In this document: positions 24,744 through 38,189 of the stretch, in pieces
Layout: each line of letters opens with the position of its first letter
Position numbering within the stretch: the first letter of the stretch is position 1
DNA from: Mobula hypostoma
Taxonomy: Eukaryota
Reading direction: 5' to 3'
Assembly: GCF_963921235.1 (NCBI RefSeq)
Contig: NC_086108.1
Location: forward strand, 72,976,001-73,040,000
Length of the DNA stretch: 64,000 nucleotides
Made by a program: the position numbers and the translations under genes
Notes under the pieces: generated by a model
The model's input: the letters and a program-made list of their open reading frames with translations, nothing else
Told to the model about the DNA's origin: nothing
The model's database searches: none

Positions 24744-24910
24744 CTAGAAACATAGAAAATATACAGCACAATACATGCCCTTCGGCCCACAAAGCTGTGC
24801 TAAACCTTAGAACTACCTAGGCTTTACCCATAACCCTCTATTTTCTAAGTTCCATGCAGCCATCCAGGAGTCTCTTAAAAGACCCCATCGTTTCCGCCTC
24901 CACCACTTCT
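24744..24910 (-). mobile_element. CR1 3' tail
   Basis: tagaaacatagaaa...cagcacaatacatgcccttcggcccaca; related to 2576-2830 and 61773-62187. Confidence 0.7.
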
Positions 24911-25169
24911 ATTCACTGGGTCTGTGCCTTCTAAAGTGCACTGATGGCATCTGCAAAGCAAGACTTTGTCCAAAGCGCATTTCCAGCTCAGAAGGAAGAT
25001 CTAAGCTATGGTCTGATGCTTTCTTAATTTGAAGTGTTCTTAACAACATGGAAATATTTTGTTATTGATGCTATTGGTCTTAAGGCAGTAGGAAACAATG
25101 TACTGCCACCAAGCATTGAACGAGACATGGTGTTGAAGGAAGCTATATGAAAAGTTTTGCTGTTTGCAG

Positions 25170-25513
25170 TTATAGTGACATTTAGCATGGATGCGGGCCT
25201 TTCAGGACATCAAGTCCATACTGTACACCAACCACCATTTACGCTAATCCCATTTTATTCTCACCAATCCCCCTCAACTCTCTTCCCCCCCCCCCCACCT
25301 TCCCACCCCCCAATTCCAGATTCTATCACTCATCTACATACTGGGGACAGGTTACACCAACCTGCACACCTTTGGAATGTGGGAGGAAACCGGAGCACCT
25401 GGGGAAATCTACGCTGTCATGAGGAGAATGTGCAAACTCCAAACGGACACTAACAGAGGTCGGGATCTCTGGACTTGTGTTTCAGCAGCTCTACCTGCTG
25501 CCCCGTTGTGCTG
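25170..25513 (-). mobile_element. V-SINE
   Basis: ttggaatgtgggaggaaaccggagcacc...gagaatgtgcaaactcc is the reverse complement of the V-SINE core. Confidence 0.75.
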
Positions 25514-28373
25514 ATCTCCATCTATTGATCTATGAGATGAAGGAACAACAACAGGGATGGAAGAAAATAAAATAGTGCTAGAACTGAGAGATAGAAAAAA
25601 ATACATTCTTGGAAATCGGAAATAAAAAAAGGCTGGAATAAATCCAGCAGGCTATGTTGCATCTGTTGAGAGAATTTACAATGCAGGTTGTGATGACCTT
25701 TGTGGTCAGAAGTGGTCAGATTCTAACATAAACTGATTGACTTGCATCTATCACATAAATAGATGAAAGATGAGAAACCATCTCTGAGTGTGTGTTGAGA
25801 TTTGTTGGAACAGTAAAAGAATGAGAGTGGGAATGAAGACAAAGTGTTGAGCCTCTGCAAGTTCAGGATAAAACCTTGAGGATAAAGCTTGAGAAGGTGA
25901 TCAGCTAATCTGTATTTGGTTTCTCAAATGTAGAGATCATCATATGAGCACATACTGTGTAACTGCCTTCCATGTTGGCAATTAGTCCCCCAACAGGTCA
26001 TTATTTAAGATTCAATGTCAATCCACCTTTCTGATCCTCAAAAATCCAATTCTTTAGTTTTTCAAGTATCTCAACCTGCATATTTAATTGTATGTTCAAT
26101 CAAGTTTGTTTAATTTTTAATACTGCTCTACCATAGCATGTTTTTTTTACATGAAGCTGTTTTTGGCAATGGTTTCCTTTTACGTGCTGACAAAAATAAA
26201 GAAACATTCAGAAATAGCTTTTCAATTACCAAATGGGCTTTAGTATAAAAAGTTAGCCTGTACTTCCCTGAATGAAGATGTTTGGCAAAGGAGCTAATTA
26301 AAACTTTTTTTAAATGCAGGGAGGTGTTAGGGTCTGGAATGTACTGCTGGACTGGAAGGGAAAGAATGGGTAGTTTAATGGGAAGAGCTTTTGGGGATGG
26401 AACTAGCTAGACTGCTCTTGTACAGAACCTGCACAGATTCACTTCTTCATTCAGCCTTTATGTAATTTTCTACTTCAAGTTCTGAAACAGAGTTCTCTTT
26501 GTATTTAGCATGAGGTAAGAGGACACTAATGTTTTTGAAAAGTTATAGTACCCTTGACTAATTAAAAAAATGATTTTTCATGCATTTTCTGAAATTAAAA
26601 TGCCAACTTGTCCAAGGGCCGTAAATATTATACTGTTAATGCATGAAGATCTCCCTGTTGGCACAGTACAAATAAAGTTCCTTGTGGAATGCTCTTGACC
26701 TCACTGGTTTATTCTTGGATATAACGAAGAGATCTCTGTTGATTATAGAACTGTCTAAAATGTAGGCCAGTGGATTTACATTAAGTAACAATGATTAATT
26801 TGTTTGCCAAAAATTCAAGGATTTTACCATATTTCTTCTTTCTGAGCACCAGGTTCTTTTGACTTACAAAAACTCAGCTTCTTAATGACTTTTAGGCAAT
26901 AGTGCTAAAGCAACTATGAAGGTGACTAGATATCTAAGAATTTTTGTTTTTTGTTCTGTGGCTGAAATCATTGGAAAATGTCAAGCCTAAAAACAGGGCC
27001 AGATGTTCCACTCAGCCAAGCACTTGCAGATGGATCAGGGATCCTCTAATAGTTACATTTTATATCATGTGATGTCATAGGAGAAGCAAAAATCTGTTTA
27101 AATAGACAAATCAATATTGAGCAAATTCCCCCATCAAGTGCTGGAATTCTGGCAGCATCTGTGGGGTGGGGCAAGGGGAAAAATTAAAATTTATAGTCAA
27201 AGTCTCTTTGTCTGAAGTGCTGACAGATTCTGGAGTTTTCTGTTTCATTTCCACTGTCCGCTCCCCAGACAATTAGAAAATCCATAATCCTGCTACCCTC
27301 TGGAAAAAAGGATGTCCCAACCCCACCTAGTTCTCCCATTCCATCATTTATACAGTTTGCTTCTTGCTCTCCCAATTTAAATAATCCTGCTTCACACCAT
27401 TATTGAGAATTCAACTCTTTTTGTCCAGTGAACACAAGGAATCAAATTACATCTTTTTCTAGCAAGGCCGAGAAAGAGTTGACGTGGAGAGGATGTTTCC
27501 TTTCGTGGGCCCAGCCTCAGAATGCAAGTATGTCCCTTTAGAACAGAGATAAGGAATTTCTTTAGCCAGAGAGTGGTGGGTGGCTTTGTCCCACTTTTGA
27601 TCTTGCATCTAATGATTAAGTGCCAACCGTTGTTCTGACAAAGAGTGTTCTCCTCTGTGATTTTGACCACACTTTACATACTGACAAAAGTTGAAGATTA
27701 TCAGGCACTTGAGATATTGAATGCTGCCATTGCCAAAAAAGAAACTGTCCACCCCAAACAAATTTCAAACCATGGCCAGGGATTTCCGTCAGGCTTCTTT
27801 GGAGAAATCTCTACACAATTAACATCAGCATATATTCTGCGGCATTAGGAATTCCAACACACTTGACCACCGCTGTATGATGATAAGGAATGCCTACCGT
27901 CCCATACCGAGACCGCATTTCGGGAAAACTGATCACTTGGCTGTCCTTCTACCTGCGCACAGGAAGAGGCTAAAGAGCAACACTCCAAAGATGAGGACAA
28001 CAAAAAGAGGTGGCTAGGGGAGGCAGAGGAGCAGATACAAAATTGCTTTGCGTCTGTGGACTGGGTCATATTCAAGGATTCATCAGAGGGTCTCAATACG
28101 CCACAGTTGTCACATACTTTATAAAAGCAGTTGTAGATAAGGGTGTCCCCATAAATTATTGATTGCTCCCTAACCAGAAGCCCTAGCTAAACCATGAGAT
28201 TGGCAACCTGCTGAAGGCCAGATCAGATGCATTCAGGTCTGGCGACCAAGTAAATAAAGTAGGAGGTCCGGGTACGATCTTCAGAAAGCCATCTCTCAAG
28301 TGATGTGGCAAATCCAGACCTAACTTGAGTCACTGAAGGATACTCAAAAGCTGTAGCAGGACTTGAATGGTAT

Positions 28374-28576
28374 TGTAGGTTTCTGCAAATAAAACGAAGT
28401 GAGGTGCTTTATGTTTAATGAACCTGTAACATTTTATTGAACTCCAAAACCTACACAACAAAAGCACTTTAAAAACCTTTTACATAATAACATCATCATG
28501 TCAGACCAGCCTCTTAAAGTAAAACCCCCATCTCAATGTTGGTGGTTGCAAGTTATGTCTATTTTCCCCGATTACA
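28374..28576 (-). repeat. 3' LTR of the Gypsy element (TG...CA, about 200 bp)
   Basis: Begins tgtaggtttctgcaaa; probable end attaca at 28576. The first ~95 bp are repeated at 32237-32332. Confidence 0.75.
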
Positions 28577-31500
28577 TTATCCTAGACATTCAGTAAAACT
28601 GGCATTGTGAGCCTGTCCGGAGCTCGGACAAGCCGCCCGGCTCGGGTCCAGTGTTCCAGGAGTGGAGGAACAGCAGGAGCCTCTGGCTCGTCCAGACATG
28701 TACTGACACGCTCATGGTCATGTGACGCCGGGGCAAGGCAACGGAATCCTCCAAGTCTTGGTGGGCTGCCTTAAGGCAATCCACCGAAATTCATTCAGGT
28801 TAACCCCTCTTATCTATGATAAAAGACTTTTCTTCCCATTCCAAAATGTGGAACGGGCCATCATAAGGGGGCCTAGAGGGATGCTGGTGTGAACCGTGGC
28901 AGACGAAAACAAACAAGGTAGGATGTAGGTCATAGGAACCCAAGAGTGCTGTATGCAATGTGGAGAGGTAGGAACAGGTGAAAATGAATTGATTTTACTG
29001 AGGGTGGAATGCTACTGAGAGGCCAGCCAAGTGGTCATCGCATCAGGAATGAAATCACCTGGCAATGGTAATGGCTGCCCGAATATCAGCTCTGCCATGG
29101 GTTAGGTCCGAGCCCCAAGGGGACCCACAGGAGGCAATGATGTCAATACTCGTCCATAAGGGAAGCCCTCAGAGCTGCCTTTAAGAAGCAGTGAAACCGC
29201 TCGCATAGGCCATTGGACTGCAGGTGATACGCAGTGGTGTGATGTAGCCTAACACCAAGGTTCTGGACCAGAGGTCTGAGATGAACTGGGGACTGTGGTC
29301 ATTGGAAGTATCAGATGCGGTGTCAAACCCAGGTTCTGATGAATGCCTGAGCCATGTGAAGAATGCCTAATGCATTGTTGATGCTAGAGGGACAACCTAC
29401 GGCCACCTAGCGGTATGGTCCACCACGGTGAGGAGGAGTGTGAAACCACGGGAGGGTGGAAGAGGACTAACAAGGTCCATATTGACATGGTCAAAGCGTT
29501 ACTCAGGAATCTCAGAAGGCGCCAGTGGTGCCTGAACTTGAGGGTTAATTTTTGCCCACTGGCACTCCACACAGGCTGTCGTCCAATCATACACGCCCTT
29601 TCTGAGGCCATGCCAAACAAATGTTGGTGCAATCCGTTTCTGTGAGGCCTTCCGGCCTGGATGTGAAAGGCCATGTATGGAGTCAAAGACAGTCCGTGTC
29701 CAGTTTGCGGGCACGATGAGGTGAGGGCGACCGGTTCAGCCATCACACAGGAGAGAAACCCCAGCTTCGCCAAACTTAACGTCAGTCAACGACAGGCCCA
29801 TGACTGCTGTTCGGTAAGCCTGGACCTCTGGGTCAGTAACTTGATTGGCAACCATGAGAGGCAATCGGTCTCACCATTATTTTTTCCCTGGCATTGCTCC
29901 CGTGCAGGCAAAATTTCTGATATTTTGGCCATCGCATGCACGAGGGTTTCATGGTCAACAAATGCTGTGAAATGGCAACCCTCGAGAAGAAATCAAAAAT
30001 GGCAGACAGCCAGATAGAGACCCAGAAGCTCACAATCAAACTTGCTGTGCTTCCTTCTGGCGGGGAGGAGCTACTGGCTGTAGAAGGTGAGCGGCTGCCA
30101 TATGTCTCCGACCAGCTGTTTGTGCACGGCACCCACGGCTTAGTCTGCAGCGTCAGTGGTAATGGCTACGGGTGTGTTGAGAAGCGGGTAGCATTGCATT
30201 AGAAAGAGCTCATTTGGTATCATCCATTGACTAATCAAGCACGTGATTAGGGGTGTTGCCCTTAAGTGAACTATACAGGGGGAGCCTAAGTTCAGCGGCT
30301 CACAGAATGAAGCGGAGATAGAAATTCACCGTACCTAAAAACTCCTGTAGTGCGGGGCGGTGGAAAATCCATAATAGCGGAAACTTTTGATGGGAGGGGT
30401 TTTGCAGAGATGCAATGGCCGAAAAACTCAGTAGTTGACAACCCAGACTGGCATTTACCAGGGTTAATAATCAACCTGTGATGACTTAAGCACTCAAAAA
30501 GTGTGCAGAGAAGAGATACATGTTTGGATTTGGAAGCACTGGCAACAAGTATGTCTTCCAGATAAATAAACAGAAAATCTAAGTCTTTTAATTTGGAGTC
30601 CATCAGCCACTGAAAAGTCTCTGTTGCATTTTTCAGTCCAAATTGCATGCATAGAAAATCAAAAAGGGAAAACAGGGTTATAACAGCTGTTTTGGGAATG
30701 TCCTCTGAGCACACAGGCACCTGATGGTAGTCCTGAACTAGATTGACTGAAATAAATTAACTTTCTGGCCAAACATGCTGAAAAGTCTTGAAAGTGTGGA
30801 ACTGGGTAATGATCAGGGCTGGTGGCCTCATTAAGGTGTTGGTAGTCACCACATGGACCGCAACCACCAACGGACCTAAGGACCAGATGGAGGGGTGAAA
30901 CCAAAAGGCTATTCAACTGGCGTACAATTCTGAGTCTTTCCATGTTGGCAAACTCAGCCTTTGCAATTGCCAGTTTTTCTGAGTCTAGTTTACATTCACA
31001 GACATGGACTGGCGGGACAGTTGTGGGAATGCGGTGCTCAACCCCCATGTTTTGCGACTGTGTAGAGAATGTTGGCTTGGTGAGGTCTGAGAATTCACCC
31101 AGCAGTCAAGTAAATTCACATGCAGTGGTGCAAGTGCTTGATAGAGTTGTTATGGGGAACTTACTGGGCTAGCAGGGTAACAACCCAAAATCCTGACATC
31201 CTCAAACCGGCAGTTCTTAAGATTGACTGACAGTTATTGGGCACACAGGAAATCTGCTCTGAGCAAAGGTCTAGCCACTTTCGCCAGGACAATGTCACAT
31301 GTGTAACGTCACCCACTGAAGCAGAGCATCACCTGTCATGTCCCGCAAGTCTGGATCCTGCTACCATTGGCAGCCTCCAGCGAGGTTTTGTCGCTCTTTG
31401 TCTTCTCATCAAAAGGCGGTGCTGGCAGCACACACACTTGAGCACACGTGTCATACAGGAAACGTTGCCCTGAAAGGGTGTCCGTAATGAACAGCAGATG

Positions 31501-32221
31501 ACCCTGGCAGCTGGAACCCACAGTGTTCACAGACCTCTGATGTCCCAACGCACTGGCACTGTTGAAGCTGCAAGTTGGTTGGCACTTCCTAGTGTTTTCA
31601 AATAAGAGTGTGGCAAAAACGCAGGCCCAGCAGTGTCTCTTTCACAGCTGCAGGTGTCCTTGCCTTAGGGGCCTTGCTGATCAGGTTTATTGAGGCAGAG
31701 AAAGGAGGAGGAATGATGCACTGCTATCCAGCTGAGTGTAGACCATCAGCCATTTTAGCAAGCTCCCTATGGTCCTTCGCGGGTGTGTTAACGAGGGCTG
31801 TGTGAACTCGATCAAGCTTTTGCTGCATGAGGAGTTCTTTAAAAATAAAACAAGCATGGTGATTTCCCAGGAGAGACAGAATGTGGTCCGTTAGCTCAGA
31901 AGGCCTAGCGTCACTGAGATCGGGTAAGGAATGCAACTGTTTGGTGCGCTTAGACTCCGATAGTCCGAAAGTCTGGAGAAGTTGAGTTCTCAGTGATTGG
32001 TATTTATTGTGTTCAGGTGGGTGTTCTAGCAGACTCACCACTCTCATTGCCGTGAAACTGCAGAGCAAAGCTACCACATAGTAGAATTTGGTGTTGTCAG
32101 CAGTGTGAACTGGGCCTCAGCTTGTACAAACCAGGCGATGGTATTTTGCTCGTAAAACTCCAGCAGTTTTAAAGCGACTGCGTAAGCTGACATGTTCGAT
32201 AACTCTCGAATCTTTCTAGAG

Positions 32222-32332
32222 CATCCGGGTCGCCAATTTAGGTTTCTGCAAATTAAACAAAGTGAGACATTTTATGTTTAATGAAACCCATAACACATTT
32301 TATTGAACTCCAAAACCTACGCAACAAAGGCA
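32222..32332 (-). repeat. Truncated 5' LTR with adjacent primer-binding site
   Basis: LTR copy at 32237-32332. Minus-strand TGGCGACCCGGATG next to it matches 11/14 of a tRNA-Trp-type PBS (TGGTGACCCCGACG). Confidence 0.7.
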
Positions 32333-34218
32333 ACAAGGTTTAACTCCCAGATAAGCTAAATGCCTGCTATGCTCACTTTGACTGTCAAAACGTGGAGGAA
32401 CCATTGCAAACTGCCCTAAGGACCCTGTGATTTCAGTCTCTGAGGCAGATGTGAGAGCTTCCTTCAAGAGGGTGAACCCATGGACAGCATCCATGCCAGA
32501 TGGGGTACTGAGTGCTGAAGACCTATGCTGATAAACTGGCTGGAGTGTTCACCGATATCTTTAACCCCCCTCTTCCGTAATCTGAGGTACCCACGTGCTT
32601 CAAGCAGGCTTCAATTATACTGGTGTCTAAGAAGAACGTTGTTACTTGCCTCAGTGACAATCCTCCAGCAGGATTTACACCCACTGTGAGAAGTACTTTG
32701 TTGGTTATGAAGCATATCAACTCTTGTCAGAAAAGTGACTTGGATCCATTCCAGTTTGCCTTCCAACACAACAGGTCCACAGCAGATGCCATTTCATTGG
32801 CTCCCCACTCGACCCTAGAACATCAGGACAGCAAAGATGCATATGTCGGGATGTTCTTTATCGATGACAGTTCAGCATTCAATACTATCATCCCCTCATA
32901 ACTAATCAATAAGCTTCAAGATCTTGGCCTCAGTACATCCCAGTGCAATTCGATCGCAGACCTGATCAGTTCAGATTGGCATAAAAACATCTCCACAATC
33001 ACCCTCAGCACAGGTAAATCACAAGGCTGTGTGTTTAGCCCCCTGTGTGTTTAACTCACTTTATAATTATGAGCATGAGGCTAAGCACAGTTCAAATGCC
33101 ATATTTAAGTTTGCTGATGATTGGCCAAATCAGAGGTGGTGACCAATCAGCATGTAGGAGGGAGGGAGATTGAAAATCTGGCTGAGTGGTACCACAACAA
33201 CAATCTCTTACTCAATGTCAGCAAGACCAAGGAGCTGATTATTGACTTCAGGAGGAGGAATCCAGATTTCCATGAAGCATTACACATTGGGCGACCAGAG
33301 GCTGAGAGGCTTAGCAACTTTAAATTTCTCAGTGATTTCATTTCAGAGGACCCAGCATGCAAATGCAATTACAAAGAAAGCATAACAGCACCTCTACTTT
33401 CTTAGAAGCTTGCGAAGATTTAGCATGTCATCTAACACTTGACAAACTTCTATAAATGTGTGATGGTGAGTACTGGATATTAACTAGTTGCACCACAGCC
33501 TGGTAAGGAAACACCAATGCCCTTGAACGGAAAATCCTACAAAAAGTAGTAGTGAATACAGCACAGCCCATCATGGGTAAAGCCTTCCCCACATTGAGCA
33601 CATCACGGAGCGCCGTCACAGGAAAGCAGACCTATCAGCAAGGACCCCCACCACCCTGGCCACGCTCTTTTCTCGCTACTGCCATCAGGAAGAAGGTACA
33701 GGAGCCTCAAGACTCACACCACCAGGTTTAGGAACAGTTATTACCCCTCAACCATAAAGCTCTTGAACCAAAGGGGTTACTTCACTCATCTTCACTTGCC
33801 CCATCGCTGAACTGTCCCATAACCTATGGGTCACTTTCAAGGACTTTTCATTTCATGATCTCGATATCTATTGCTTATTTATTTATTATTAGTTTTTCCT
33901 GTTTTGCATTTGCACAGCTTGTTGTCTTTTGCACAATGGTTGTTTGTCCATCCTATTGGATGTGGTCTTTCAGTGACTCTATTGTGTTTCTTGGATTTAC
34001 TGTGCATGCCTGCAAGGAAACAAATCTCAAGATTGTATTTGGTGACATATATGTATTTTAATAATAAATTTACTTTGAACTTTGCATCTGTGGAGCCAAA
34101 TAATTGGGTATATTTAAAGCAGAAGAGAATAAATTCTTGATTAGTAGGAGTGTCAGAGGTTATGAGGGCAAAGCAATAAAATGGGAGAGAGGGATAATAA
34201 ATCAGTCATGTTAGAATG

Positions 34219-37088
34219 ACAATAGACAATAGGTGCAGGAGTAGGGCATTCAGCCCCTTCGAGCCAGCACCGCCATTCACTGTGGCTGATCATCCACAAT
34301 CAGTATCCAGTTCCTGCCTTATCCCCATAACTTTCGATTCCGCTATCTTTAAGAGCTCTATCCATCTCTTTCTTGAAAGCATCCAGAGACTTGGCCTCCA
34401 CAGCCTTCTGGGGCAGAGCATTCCATATATCCACCACTCTCTGGGTGAAAAAGTTTTTCCAAGACTCCGTTCTAAATGGCCTACCCATTATTCTTAAACT
34501 GTGGCCTTTGGTTCTGGACTCACCCATCAGCGGGAACATGCTTCCTGCCTCCAGCGTGTCCAATCCCTTAATAATCTTATATGTTTCAATAAGATCCCCT
34601 CTCAGTCTTCTAAATTCTAGAGTATACAAGCCCAGTTGCTTCAATCTTTCGACATATGACAGTCCCGTTATCCCAGAAATTAACCTTGTGAACCTATGCT
34701 GCACTCCCTCAATAGCAAGAATGTCCTTCCTCAAATTTGACCAAAACTACACACACTACTCCAGGTGTGGTCTCACCAGGGCCCTGTACAGCTGCAGAAG
34801 GACCTCTTTGCTCTTATACACAATTCCCCTTGTTATGAAGGCCAGCATGCTGTTAGCTTTCTTCACTGCCTGCTGTACTTGCATGCTTGCTTTCAGTGAC
34901 TGACATACAAGAACACCTAGATCTCGTTGTGCTTCCCCTTTTCCTAACTTGACTCCATTTAGATAATAATCTGCCTTCCTGTTCTTACCACCAAAGTGGA
35001 TAACCTCACATTTATCCACATTAAACTGCATCTGCCATGCATCTGTCCACTCACCCAGCCTGTCCAAGTCACCCTGCATTCTCATAACATCCTCCTCACA
35101 TTTCACACTGCCACCCAGCTTTGTGTCATTGGAAAATTTGCTAATGTTACTTTTAATTCCCTCATCTAAATCATTAATATATATTGTAAACAGCTTCGGT
35201 CCCAGCACTGAACCCTGCGCTACCCCACTGGTCACCGCCTGCCATTCCGAAAGGGACCCGTTAATCGCTACTCTTTGTTTTCTGTCAGCCATCCAATTTT
35301 CAATCCATGTCAGTACTCTGCCCCCAATACCATGTGCCCTAATTTTGTAATCTCCTATGTGGGACTTTATCAAAGGCTTTCTGAAAGTCCAGGTACACTA
35401 CATCCACTGGCTCTCCCTTGTCCATTTTCATAATTACATCCTCAAAAATTTCCAGAAGATTAGTCAAGCACGATTTCCCCTTCGTAAATCCATGCTGACT
35501 CGGACCGATCCTGTTACTGCCATCCAGATGTGTCGTAATTTCACCTTTTATAATTGACTCCAGCATCTTTCCCACCACCGTCATCAGGCTAACCGGTCTA
35601 TAATTCCCTGTTTTCTCTCTTCCTTCCTTCTTGAAGAGAGGGACAACATTAGCCACCCTCCAATCCACAGGAACTGATCCTGAATCTATAGAACATTGGA
35701 AAATGATTACCAATGCGTCCACGATTTCTAAAGCCACCTCCTTAAGTACCCTGGGATGCAGACCATCAGGTCCCGGGGACTTATCAGCCTTCAGACCCAA
35801 CAGTCTATCCAACACCATTTCCTGCCTAATATAAATTTCCTTCAATTCATCCATTACCCTAGGTCCTTTGGCCACTATTACATCTGGGAGATTGTTTGTG
35901 TCTTCCCTAATGAAGACAGATCCAAAGTACCTGTTCAACTCGTCTGCCATTTCCTTGTTCCCCATAATAAATTCACCCGCTTCTGTCTTCAAGGGCCCAA
36001 TTTTGGTCTTAACTATTTTTTTCCTTTTCACATACCGAAAGAAGCTTTTACTATCCTCCTTTATATTCTTGGCTAGTTTACCTTTGTGCCTAATTTTTTC
36101 TCCGCGTATTGCCTTTTTAGTTACCTTCTGTTGCTCTTTAAAAGTTTCCCAATCCTCTGGCTTCCCACTCGTCTTTGCTATGTTATACTACTTCTCTTTT
36201 ATTTTTATACTGTCCATTACTTCCCTTGTCAGCCACAGCCTCCCCTTACTCCCCTTAGGATCTTTCTTCCTCTTTGGAATGAACTGATCCTGCACCTTCC
36301 GCATTATTCCCAGAAACACTTGCCATTGCTGTTCCACTGTCATCCCTGCTAGGGTATTGTGCCATTGAACTTTGGCCAGCTCCTCCCTCATAGCACCATA
36401 GTTCCCTTTGTTCAACTGTAATACTGACACTTCCGAGTTTCCCTTCTCCCTCTCAAATTGTGGATTAAAACTTACCATATTATGGTCACTACCTCCTAAT
36501 GGCTCCTTTACCTCAAGGTCCCTGATCAAATCCCGTTCATTGCACAACACCAAATCTAGAATTGCGTTCTCTCTGGTAGGCTCCAGTACAAGCTGTTCTA
36601 AGAATCCATCTCGGAGGGACTCCACAAACTCCCTTTCTTGGGGTCCAGTATCAACCTGATTCCTCCAGCCTACCTGCATGTTGAAGTCCCCCATAACAAC
36701 TGTAGCATTACCTTTGCGACATGCCAATTTTAACCCTTGATTCAACTTACACCCTACATCCAGACTACTGTTTGAGGGCCTGTAGATAACTCCCATGAGG
36801 GTCTTTCTACCCTTAGAATTTCTCAGTTCTATCCATACTGACTCTACGTCTCCTGATTCTATGGCCCCCCTCGCAAGGGACTGAATATCATTCCTCACCA
36901 ACAGAGCCACCCCACCCCCTCTGCCCATCAGTCTGTCCTTTCGATAGGATGTATAACCTTGAATATTCATTTCCCAGGCCCTGTCCACTTGAAGCCATGT
37001 CTCTGTTATTCCCACAACATCATACTTCCAATTTCCAACTGAGCCTCAAGCTCATCCACTTTATTTCTTATACTCCGTGCATTCATAT
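34219..37088 (-). mobile_element. Young CR1 LINE with nearly complete ORF2 (APE endonuclease and RT)
   Basis: ORFs of 275, 230, 205 and 144 aa tile ORF2: GITETWL, MGDFN, GSDH, KSPGPDGLHPRVLKE, YLDFQKAFDKVPH, QGSVLGP. Tail is (CTATTGT)n. 5'-truncated at the start of the endonuclease (MNARSIRNK). Confidence 0.93.
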
Positions 37089-38189
37089 CGGAGCAGATCG
37101 ATGGGGTGAATGGCCTAAATCTGCTTCTATGTCTGATGGTCTAATGGGACTTTAGTCATAATTTGGAGGACATTCAGGCAAATATATGTCATGACCTCAC
37201 TGACTGCTCCCTCCCCTGTTCCCTCCACTAGCTCCGCTTCACAGCTGCTGTCTTGCTTTTAAAGACTGACTGTTTCAAACAGAGCGAATCAGTCGATGAC
37301 TTGAGCAAGGGAGTGTAAGTGGAGCAGCACACTGCACTGATGGCCAATGCCAAACTGTTGCAGTTTTGAAGAATCTGTACACTGCAAAATTGCAATTTAA
37401 ATGGATCTTTGCCAGGCCAGAATAGATAAAATTTATACATTGTTCCATGCTACCTTATCAACTGTCTCAAATTATATGTCTTCAAAAATTAGCAGAATTC
37501 CATTTAAATGTGTTCCTGTTTGGAGGAAAAATATTGTCCAGGTACAAAGGACCTAGAAAATAATGAAAGATGATTTGTACTTGGAGATTAAACTTTCAAG
37601 ATCTGTTTTTCTTGTTCCACATGTCTAGTTGAGCATGAAATTCAAAATAGTCTCACTAGATTTAATGAGTCTGACTTGGGGCATGACCCACAGCTCTTTA
37701 GCAGCTGAATACACACTAGTTCTTGGCAGATAATTCTTCACGAGGCTGATTAAATCTAAATTGACCCTTTTTTGGTCTCGGGCTATGGATATTGTCCTGT
37801 AATAGAAGCACTCAAAATGTATATTACCCCTGCCATATACTAATGATGGTACAACGAGTTTTGAAATGAAATTGTTCTGAGTTAAAAATACGCAAGTATT
37901 TTTTTAAAGAGTTGACAGAAATATTTTCAGCAAACTTTTAAGCTAGCCTTATGTTCTTTTATCATGTTTTAAACTTGAATAGGAGGAATTTTGTTCCATA
38001 TTTGTTAATGCATTATCTGAAGAGGATGATTGATGCTATGTGTGAGCAGTGTTTTTAAATTGGAATATTTGTTGAGGAGAAAAATGCACTAAAATATAAA
38101 TTTGCACCTATCTGCTTTAATTAGCCGATAGTCCTGTAAGAGAATTAGTCCCAAGAAATAACAAGCTTTAAATAGTGGTAATAAATAAT

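Larger units (their letters stand above)
28374..32332 (-). mobile_element. Decayed Gypsy/Ty3 LTR retrotransposon (gag-PR-RT-RNaseH-IN)
   Basis: gag ATG at 32193: MSAYAVALKLLEFYEQNTIAWFVQAEAQF. PR FLYDTCAQVCVLP; RT DIPKTAVIT...FGLKNA...IYLEDILVAS; IN HGLSHPG. The order RT-RNaseH-IN is Gypsy-like. LTR copies at both ends. Confidence 0.9.
27576..34084 (+). mobile_element. Rex1/Babar LINE (endonuclease to 3' tail), split by a Gypsy insertion
   Basis: Endonuclease remnant FSSVILTTLYI...ETVHP (27645-27848). RT remnant LDPFQFAFQHNRSTADAI...SSAFNTIIP (32623-32901) and LNVSKTKELIIDFRR. Tail AATAAATTTACTTTGAACTTTG ends at 34084. Confidence 0.85.
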
